NCBI GenBank assembly: GCA_030698625.1
Contig: JAUYMS010000030.1
Location: 20,016-84,015, forward strand
Reading direction: 5' to 3'
Source of the DNA: Candidatus Omnitrophota bacterium
GTDB taxonomy: Bacteria; Omnitrophota; Omnitrophia; Omnitrophales; Aquincolibacteriaceae
Length of the DNA: 64,000 nt
The notes under the pieces are model-generated. The model did not search any database and was not told where the DNA came from. It saw nothing but the letters and a program-made list of their open reading frames with translations. The translations under genes were made by a program, and so were the position numbers. Below are positions 56,883 to 64,000 of this stretch, in pieces; position 1 is the first letter of the stretch, and the number at the start of each line of letters is the position of its first letter.

Positions 56883-57368
56883 CTAAAAATTAAGGACGAA
56901 AAATTGACTCGAATCTGTTGAATATCCTACAGATTGGGAGCGTACCGCAAGGGGTAATTCATCCATACCCAGAAATCTCAAAACTTGGCCGAAAAAGAAG
57001 GGGGGCTCAAACTCAGCGCGTACCTCGAGGAAATCGTAACGAACGCCTCCGATGAACTCAAAATTCCACTCGGCGTTTACATCGGCTTCCCACCACGGAA
57101 TTCCGGAATCCGTCAAGACACGCTGCGTGCGCGTTACGGCGGCGTCTCGGGTTCTTGTTGAAAAGGCCGCATCCGTACTTTCGGTTGCGACGCGGGCGCC
57201 TTCCCGGGTGGCGGCCGAAAGACGATGTGTTGCCGATACGAGACTGGCAACATCGATTCCTGCCACCGCAATCAGCATGAATAGCGGCAAGACGAGCGCG
57301 AATTCAACCAGACTTTGGCCTCTGGAGCGCTGCTTGGATAGTCTTCTTAAAGATGCAAAGTTAAACAT
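56883..57368 (-). CDS. TadE family pseudopilin
   Basis: [17 protein letters not shown]...[10 protein letters not shown]. Confidence 0.9.
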   Translation of the reverse strand: MFNFASLRRLSKQRSRGQSLVEFALVLPLFMLIAVAGIDVASLVSATHRLSAATREGARVATESTDAAFSTRTRDAAVTRTQRVLTDSGIPWWEADVNAEWNFEFIGGVRYDFLEVRAEFEPPFFFGQVLRFLGMDELPLAVRSQSVGYSTDSSQFFVLNF

Positions 57369-57547
57369 AAAAATCTCCTTGTTCTCACTACAGAAAGGCT
57401 AGCATATTCCTGACTATAAACAAGTGATATAAAGCATTAGATATCAATTAGCATCAATTGTTAACATTTTTGGCGCTCATTTTCATAAGGGACTAATTCC
57501 GCAGCTATTTCAACCGATACACCATAATTAGATAAGTCTCTTTAAAT

Positions 57548-59521
57548 ATGATACTTACAGAAAATTTAAAATTTGGGCGCTTGGCACGAATCGACTGGTC
57601 TCTTTGGGGCATTCTCGCTTTAGGCTTTGTTCTGAGAATCCTACTGCTCGACAAGCGTCCCCCGCATGTCGATGAAGCCGTCAACGGCTGGTTCCTGGGC
57701 CAGATTACCGCAAAGGGATATTACGCTTATAATGCCTCCAATTATCACGGGCCGCTACATTACTATATCCTGTTCCTGTTCAAGTTCTTATTCGGCAGCA
57801 CTCTCATCTCGTTGAGGCTATCCGCGGTTTGTTTTGGGACGGCAGTGCTCGGCCTGATCTGCTCTATGGGGAAATACTTTGGTCGTCCGGTCGCGTACGG
57901 GGCCGCTCTTTTCCTCGCAGTTTCACCCGGAATGGTGTTTTACAGTCGCTATGCCATTCATGAATCAGCCTTTCTGTTTTTCTCGCTGTTGTGCATCTCT
58001 GGTATTCTTCGCCTCTATGCGGAAGGCGACAAGACGTCTTTGTGGTATCTCGGCGCGGGTATCTCCGGCATGGTGGTTTTGAAAGAAACATTCCTGATTC
58101 ACTTAGCCGCAATGGGCTTGTCGCTCGTCACATGTAAGTCGCTGGAAGCCACATTGCCCACAAGAGAAGGTTTTTCGCTCGCTCGGAGAAGTTTCAGTAG
58201 GCAGGACATCTCTAAAGTCGCAGCTGTCGCAATATTTGCCGTTATTTGTTTCTACTCGGGTTTTTTTCTGCATTGGGAAGGGCTTGTTGATTTCACGAAG
58301 TCTCTCGTGATCTGGACCGAGCGCAGTTTACAACCAAAGGGGCACGCGAAACCCTTTCTCTACTGGGTGGGTATCTTCGTGCGCTATGAGTGGGTCTGTG
58401 CTGCGGGACTCGTGGGGATCTTTACGCTGATATTTTCGGATCAGCGGAGTAAACGTTTTGCCGCACTTTATGGGGGCATAGTCCTCACAGTATATAGTCT
58501 CATCCCGTATAAGACGCCGTGGCTTGTGATCGGTTTCATTTGGCCTTTCGCTCTGAGCGTCTCGTCGTGCTTGAATGAACTGGCCGGACGCTCTCGCCGT
58601 TGCCTGCGCATTGCTCTCATCGCCGGAACGCTATTTGTTGCAGCGTCCCTGTGGAAGACCGTCACGCTCAATTTTTTCCATGAGACGGATCCGAATGAAC
58701 CGTATGTTTATGTGCAGACTTTCACCCCGATCATGGCCGTGAAGGATAAGCTTGACCGCCTCGTGAAGTCAGACCGGACCGAGCGGCATATGCCGATCTC
58801 GGTACTGTTTAAGGATTACTGGCCGCTGCCGTGGCTATTGCGTGATTTCACCAACGTCTCTTACGCGACGAATATCCCCGACAATATCGATAGCCAAGTC
58901 GTCTTTTGTGAAACTGCTCATCAGGGCGTTGTCGAGTCTGCTTTGCGGCGGGATTACTTTGTCGAACGCTTTCCGCTGCGCAATGCCCGGGAGGATATCG
59001 CGGTCTACTTGGAGGCAACCACTTTTTCCGGTCTGGTATCGCCGGATATGCGTCGCGTTGCCGCGGCGACCGCCAGAGAGATCCCCGAGGGGAAGGGGCT
59101 AATGGCTTGGTACTTTGGTAATCGCGAGTGGAAGGGTCCCACTCTGTTTCGACGGCGCACTGCCGATTTGGACTTTCATTGGGAGGATCTAAACCGTCCG
59201 CTGCCGGCCCCGTTCGGGATTATCCTGGAGGGAGAAATTTTTATTCCCGAAGATGGTCCGCGGACATTTCTTCTTACTAGTGACGACGGTGCTGAGCTTG
59301 TGATTGACGGAGAAGTCGTGATAGACAATCTTGGAGTTCATGAGGAACTTACGAAAATGGGCTCAAAAAACCTAAGTCAGGGCTGGCGGAAAATACGAAT
59401 TCGTTATTTTGATGTCGGCGGGGGCGCCATACTGCGGCTTTACTGGCAGGACTCAGCAGGACAGGCTGTCCCGATACCGCTTCAGAATCTTCGTGTCAAA
59501 TCAACGGCGGAGCAAACATGA
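57548..59521 (+). CDS. GT-C fold membrane glycosyltransferase (TIGR03663/PMT_2-like) with C-terminal PA14 domain
   Basis: PHVDEAVN, YHGPL, YSRYAIHE, KE, PYKTPW, YWPLPW; PA14 motifs SDDGAEL.IDG..VIDN..H. Confidence 0.85.
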   Translation: MILTENLKFGRLARIDWSLWGILALGFVLRILLLDKRPPHVDEAVNGWFLGQITAKGYYAYNASNYHGPLHYYILFLFKFLFGSTLISLRLSAVCFGTAVLGLICSMGKYFGRPVAYGAALFLAVSPGMVFYSRYAIHESAFLFFSLLCISGILRLYAEGDKTSLWYLGAGISGMVVLKETFLIHLAAMGLSLVTCKSLEATLPTREGFSLARRSFSRQDISKVAAVAIFAVICFYSGFFLHWEGLVDFTKSLVIWTERSLQPKGHAKPFLYWVGIFVRYEWVCAAGLVGIFTLIFSDQRSKRFAALYGGIVLTVYSLIPYKTPWLVIGFIWPFALSVSSCLNELAGRSRRCLRIALIAGTLFVAASLWKTVTLNFFHETDPNEPYVYVQTFTPIMAVKDKLDRLVKSDRTERHMPISVLFKDYWPLPWLLRDFTNVSYATNIPDNIDSQVVFCETAHQGVVESALRRDYFVERFPLRNAREDIAVYLEATTFSGLVSPDMRRVAAATAREIPEGKGLMAWYFGNREWKGPTLFRRRTADLDFHWEDLNRPLPAPFGIILEGEIFIPEDGPRTFLLTSDDGAELVIDGEVVIDNLGVHEELTKMGSKNLSQGWRKIRIRYFDVGGGAILRLYWQDSAGQAVPIPLQNLRVKSTAEQT

Positions 59522-61143
59522 GTTTACTTGTCGGAACGCTCATGGCAGTTACTGCATCCTCGGCTCTGGGGCTCATTCTGTCTCTGATCTTTGGGGCTTT
59601 GACGACGTCTATTGCGGGGTGGTCATTGGCCGCAGGTGCCCTTGTCGGGATTTTGATCTTCAGATATGCCGCCGTAACTTGCGAGCGAATGCGGTTTGGT
59701 TATGAAGCATGGATTGTCCTGTTTTTATACTCTCTGTTTTCACTACGCCAGTTTCTTTGGATCTATTTTTATAGAGGCGGCGCGATGTGGACACTTGACG
59801 CCTATAACATCGGAGACCTTCCTCTGCATTTGACTCATATCTTTAATTTTGTAGAAGGAGCGACGTTTTGGCCTGAGAACCCGCTCATGACCGGAGAAAC
59901 GATGAGGTATCCGTTTGGTGTCGATCTGTTCGCGGCACTGTGGCTAAAAGCGGGCATTCCCGTCGAGCGCACTCTACCGCTTATGGGACTTGCCGCAGCC
60001 GCCTTACTTGGCTTTGCTCTCTTTCGATGGGCCGGGGCATTAGGTGTGGCGGCTTTCTTGTTTGGGGGCGGTGCCCAGAATTTAGCATGGAAAAGTCTGC
60101 CTTTGGCCTTATGGATACCTCAGAGAGGTTTCCTCTTCGCACTGCCGGCCGGGCTCTTGCTACTCTGGGCATGGCGTCGGCGATATTTGCAGAAACGGCC
60201 GTCGATGGCAATTCTGACTGAAGGAGTCCTGTGGGGATGTTTGCCTCTCTTTCATGTGCACACGTTTCTTTTTATCTCTCTGATATTCGTGCTCTGGGTC
60301 ATCGTCGGCCGACGCTTTCGCGATGGGATCTATACTTTTTTGTGGGCGGTAGTCCCCGCATCATTGCTGGTATGGAATCTGACCGATGGATTTCAGATGG
60401 TTTCGCTCATTTGGTGGAAACCGGGCTGGCTGATCGGTGAAGAAAATCCCCTTCTTTTCCTCTGGAAGAATTTCGGTCTGATGATCCCTGCCGTTGCTAT
60501 TGCCGTTTATGCCGCATGGCGGCAGCGCAGTGTGGAGCATGCCTGGCTTCTCGGCCCCGGGATTGTCATGTTTGTTGCGCTCTTCTTTGTCATGGTATCG
60601 CCCTGGGATTGGGACAATACGAAAATGATGATCTGGTGTTACCTTATCGTGCTTGCACCTCTTAACGAATTATTACTAAAAGATCCTTCGCCTTTCCTGC
60701 GCATACTGGTTTTTGCCGCTCTTTTTTATCCGGGAGTGTATGCCGTCGCAGATTCCACGGGGAAAACGAAGGGGATCCAAGTGGCAGACCTGAAGGAACT
60801 GGATCCTGTCTGCCAGGCTGTACAGAAATTGAATCCTGAAGCTCGATTTTTGACTGCTCCCGTCTACAATCACCCCGTGAGTCTCTGTGGTCGAAAGGTG
60901 GTTGCCGGCTACGGGGGGCATTTATGGAGCCACGGGATCGACTCAAAGGAAGTTGATGGAAGAATCCGAAAATTAATGTCGGGAGATGCCGCCTGGCATA
61001 CAATAGCGCGGACATTAGGTGCGGGTTACTTATATTGGGGACCGCGTGAAGAAAGAGAATTTCCCGGATCAAAAAAACCATGGGAAAATAAAGCGCGTCG
61101 CTTAGCGCACGGCGACTGGGGAGCCTTGTATGATATTACGTAG
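59518..61143 (+). CDS. Polytopic membrane protein, probable GT-C glycosyltransferase
   Basis: GDLPLHL, FWPENP, YPFGVD, PQRGFL, PWDWDNTK, GHLWSHG, YLYWGPRE; ATGA-coupled to the upstream gene. Confidence 0.75.
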   Translation: MSLLVGTLMAVTASSALGLILSLIFGALTTSIAGWSLAAGALVGILIFRYAAVTCERMRFGYEAWIVLFLYSLFSLRQFLWIYFYRGGAMWTLDAYNIGDLPLHLTHIFNFVEGATFWPENPLMTGETMRYPFGVDLFAALWLKAGIPVERTLPLMGLAAAALLGFALFRWAGALGVAAFLFGGGAQNLAWKSLPLALWIPQRGFLFALPAGLLLLWAWRRRYLQKRPSMAILTEGVLWGCLPLFHVHTFLFISLIFVLWVIVGRRFRDGIYTFLWAVVPASLLVWNLTDGFQMVSLIWWKPGWLIGEENPLLFLWKNFGLMIPAVAIAVYAAWRQRSVEHAWLLGPGIVMFVALFFVMVSPWDWDNTKMMIWCYLIVLAPLNELLLKDPSPFLRILVFAALFYPGVYAVADSTGKTKGIQVADLKELDPVCQAVQKLNPEARFLTAPVYNHPVSLCGRKVVAGYGGHLWSHGIDSKEVDGRIRKLMSGDAAWHTIARTLGAGYLYWGPREEREFPGSKKPWENKARRLAHGDWGALYDIT

Positions 61144-61768
61144 AACCTATTTGGTCGGTGTTGAGGTTAAACACAGGATCGATTTTGTGATCAACCCCTG
61201 GCTCCTCCAGCTTACGTTGACATGTGACGGTGATAGACTCCTGAGGCGCAGTCTTCTCTTGAAAACGGACAGGTCATTCGAGTTCGGTACGGACGCGCGC
61301 CACCTTCTAGCGGTGTACTTCAATATCTGGGATGCCTTTCGCCAGCAGGAAATATTAGATATGCGGCTCAACGGTCATAAGATTTATCCGATTATGTTGT
61401 CAGCGCCGAGACATGAAAAGATTGAAGGCGCGATTGACGAAGCCGCATGCGCGCTTTTGTTCGTGGCAGTTATTAACGTTGCCTATTCCGTAAAGGGATT
61501 CTTGTTTTCGCGGGCCACTCCTCCATTCGAAGAAAGCTTTTTTTTAATCTTCGGCGGGATGGTTTATTTGTTGCTCGGAGTACGCGTGCTGCGGCGTAAA
61601 TGGCAGGCCCTTGCTTTAGCGACTTTGCTTTATGCTGCGGATTCCTTCTACCGGATGGCTTCGGATTTCAGCGTGCCGGGTCTTGTCGTTCGGATCGTTC
61701 TTCTCTATTTCCTCGTGGCGGGCTTTGCCGCATTTCGCGGCAAGAAAAGCGTACCCGCTGCGAGCTGA
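61130..61768 (+). CDS. Hypothetical membrane protein
   Basis: N-terminal beta-rich part and four C-terminal TM helices; overlaps the previous gene. Confidence 0.65.
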   Translation: MILRRTYLVGVEVKHRIDFVINPWLLQLTLTCDGDRLLRRSLLLKTDRSFEFGTDARHLLAVYFNIWDAFRQQEILDMRLNGHKIYPIMLSAPRHEKIEGAIDEAACALLFVAVINVAYSVKGFLFSRATPPFEESFFLIFGGMVYLLLGVRVLRRKWQALALATLLYAADSFYRMASDFSVPGLVVRIVLLYFLVAGFAAFRGKKSVPAAS

Positions 61769-62204
61769 AAACAAGCCCGCCCCCATACGCTAAGGAAGGG
61801 CGGCCAGGAAACACTCCTCCAAAACGCGCTGCTACGCTCGGAGTTAATTTTTGGGACTGTCGCCCCAAAAATTTATCACCTCGTCTCCGCAAGAAGCGCT
61901 AATTGTTTTTCCGGAGTATTCCCTGCCCACTCTTCCTTGTCCTCGCTTAACGAACCACAATTCAACTTGCTCCAAGCGCACCCACAACCCGAGAGGTGAA
62001 AACGAGACCGCCAGAAACATGCGGAGGATTTCTCTGGCCGTATCAGCGAGTATCAAAGTCACCAGATTTCGGCAAGACTTTGATGGGCAAGATAGGCCAA
62101 GAAATCCGTAGCGTTTCGGGCGGTCTCGTTTTCGGCTCGCAGCGCCTACTGGAGGAGTGTTTCCTGGCCGTCCGTCGAGAAGCGTTTCAGGCAGACTTGT
62201 TTTT
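61756..62204. repeat. Nested mosaic of inverted repeats (BIME/REP-like) containing hairpin element copy 2 (61993-62138)
   Basis: Outer arms 61768-61832 and 62139-62204 are reverse-complementary. The inner element is homologous to 27642-27789. Small hairpin at 61846-61873. Lies between convergent genes. Confidence 0.85.
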
Positions 62205-62249
62205 AGGGCGGGCGTCTTCAACGGGCGTAGCCAGGATTGCTACAGAAAA

Positions 62250-62645
62250 CTAAAGAGATACTTGGGTTTTTTTCTTTATCGTGACGACTTCAGAGCGGTG
62301 AAAGCCGACCTCGCTGCCGTCGACGAGCAGCATGAGCCATTTTTCATCCTTCGATACCAATTTGCCGGTGACAATGCGCCCGTTATTAAGATGAACCTCG
62401 ATCTCGGGAGGCTCCGGGATACCTTCGCTGCTCTCGGCCCGGCGCTTATTCCGGCGTTCTTCCCAATTTGATTGCTCACCGCGGATATCATCGGCGGCAA
62501 TGGGCAAGCTTGTCAGGGGAAGGACTCCCGAGAGGTTGACGGCGCCCCCTTGTGTGTAAGAAGAAAAGACTACTTCCAAGCCGAAGGCGGCATACGTTAC
62601 GGCCGCGAATAATGCGAAAGTATTGATAAGCGTTTTCGCCTTCAT
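62250..62645 (-). CDS. Exported hypothetical protein with C-terminal Sm-like beta domain
   Basis: N-terminal hydrophobic segment; IEVHLNNGRIVTGKLVSKDEKWLML...FHRSEV. Confidence 0.65.
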   Translation of the reverse strand: MKAKTLINTFALFAAVTYAAFGLEVVFSSYTQGGAVNLSGVLPLTSLPIAADDIRGEQSNWEERRNKRRAESSEGIPEPPEIEVHLNNGRIVTGKLVSKDEKWLMLLVDGSEVGFHRSEVVTIKKKTQVSL

Positions 62646-62655
62646 GGCGAGAGGG

Positions 62656-63708
62656 TCACGAGTACTTTTCTTGGAAGATTTTGGCCAGTACGAAGAAGAG
62701 TGTCAGCATTACAGGCGCCAGAAAGATGCCCATGAGTCCGTAAACTTTAAGACCTCCCAAGATGCCGAAAAAAAGCAGGACGTAGGGGAGCTTTGTCTTT
62801 TCGCCGATGAGGGCGGGTTTCATGATGTTGTCTATTAAGCTGATGATAAATAAACCGACGGCCGCCAGGATTGCCGCTTTTACATAGGCTTGAATGGTAA
62901 TCAAATAAACCGTCAGGGAAAGCCAAATCGCCGAAGCGCCGACTACTGGGACCAAGGTTGCCAAAAAGGTTGCGCCCGCAAAAAAGATGGAAGCCGGGAT
63001 TCCGAGTAACCAGAACGCGATGCCGGCGATGACTGATTGTACTAGGCTCGTAAGAAGCTGCCCCCGGATAACGGCCGAGAAGGTGTCGTTGATTTTGGCG
63101 AATATGGACTTTTTGGCATCTTCCTCGATAGGGGCGATGGCATAGACAAAATTATAAATGGCCTCGCCGTCTTTGAAGAAGACAAAGACAAGAAAAAACA
63201 TGAGGACGACGTTGAGACTGATTAGGAACAGATTCTTGGTAAAAACGCCGACCTGAGAGATGGCAAAGTTTGCCGAAGCCTTGGAAGCGCCCAGCAGCGA
63301 GGCCGTCATATTTTCTTTTAACGGCTCCCATTGAAAGACATTCGCCTCGATTCTCTGGATGAGAGGCAGAGCTCGAATCTGATCGATGAGGCTCTCGAGC
63401 CGTCCTTCGCGGATGTAGTCACTGACGGCCTGATACAGATCCAGTGCCTGTCCCGTGACATTGATGATGACTAGGACCACCGGGGGAACGACGATGAAGA
63501 AGATAAAGACGGTCATGACGACGGCTTTGACCGTGTCATTGGCCTTCCAGGAGTGTTTCAATTTCTTGTACAGGGGATAAGAACCGAATGAGAGGATCGC
63601 TGCCCAGAACATGGCCTGCACAAAGGGCAGAAAGATCAAAGAGACCTGGTAGAGAACAAAAACTAGTAACAGGATAAAAAATAGGGAAATGAGCTGGTCA
63701 CGATTCAT
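62656..63708 (-). CDS. AI-2E family transporter
   Basis: FFKDG, VIRGQL, PVVGAS, IDNIMKP, GGLKVYGLMGIFLAP. Confidence 0.93.
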   Translation of the reverse strand: MNRDQLISLFFILLLVFVLYQVSLIFLPFVQAMFWAAILSFGSYPLYKKLKHSWKANDTVKAVVMTVFIFFIVVPPVVLVIINVTGQALDLYQAVSDYIREGRLESLIDQIRALPLIQRIEANVFQWEPLKENMTASLLGASKASANFAISQVGVFTKNLFLISLNVVLMFFLVFVFFKDGEAIYNFVYAIAPIEEDAKKSIFAKINDTFSAVIRGQLLTSLVQSVIAGIAFWLLGIPASIFFAGATFLATLVPVVGASAIWLSLTVYLITIQAYVKAAILAAVGLFIISLIDNIMKPALIGEKTKLPYVLLFFGILGGLKVYGLMGIFLAPVMLTLFFVLAKIFQEKYS

Positions 63709-64000
63709 AAGCGTTCAGTCTATATCATTTCTTCATTTATTGACAAGCAGATAGGCTTATCTCATTCGGGTGAGTCTGTTTATCGTCTTTTTCAAAGGGT
63801 TCCAGCATAGCGGATATAAGTAAAGTTACAAATCTGCTCCTGTTATGGAGAAAATTGCTAAGAATCCTAGAGTAGGCGACATTAAGACCACATAACTCTT
63901 TTTATGTTAATCAGTTATGAGGCAATAGATAAACTCCCCTCAACGGTGTTCTTTGGGCTCAAATAGGCCCTTTTGCACCCGAAATCTAAAAAAAAGACGT

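Noticed and set aside
63709-64000. AT-rich terminal segment
   Set aside because: Probably an intergenic promoter region. No feature can be supported before the window ends.

Overview
Bacterial genomic window, probably Ca. Omnitrophota/PVC-related (inferred from a giant gene plus type IV and Tad pilus genes; no marker gene is present). The first 27.6 kb is the 3' part of one giant ORF of at least 9203 aa whose frame is already open at base 1. It contains ATP-grasp, protein-isoaspartate methyltransferase, two HExxH metallopeptidase-like, SNF2 helicase, TPR and HATPase-like domains, plus about 13 kb made of three divergent repeat families. Two features stand out. The pentapeptide RSELR recurs six times, each time in an inter-domain linker and with varied synonymous codons, and I could find no cysteine in 9203 residues. 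Together these suggest an exported polyprotein that is cut at a fixed motif into separate effector-like modules (inference). Downstream lie a long hairpin repeat (second copy in a mosaic near 62 kb), a small islet with a mug pseudogene, a BrnT-like toxin-antitoxin pair, and mostly envelope or housekeeping genes (msrB, ROK kinase, ExbB/ExbD-TPR-VWA, DsbD, Maf, FecR, pilin, bolA-grxD, PilT/U, lgt, TadE/TadG, GT-C glycosyltransferases, AI-2E transporter). I saw no rRNA, tRNA or CRISPR array.
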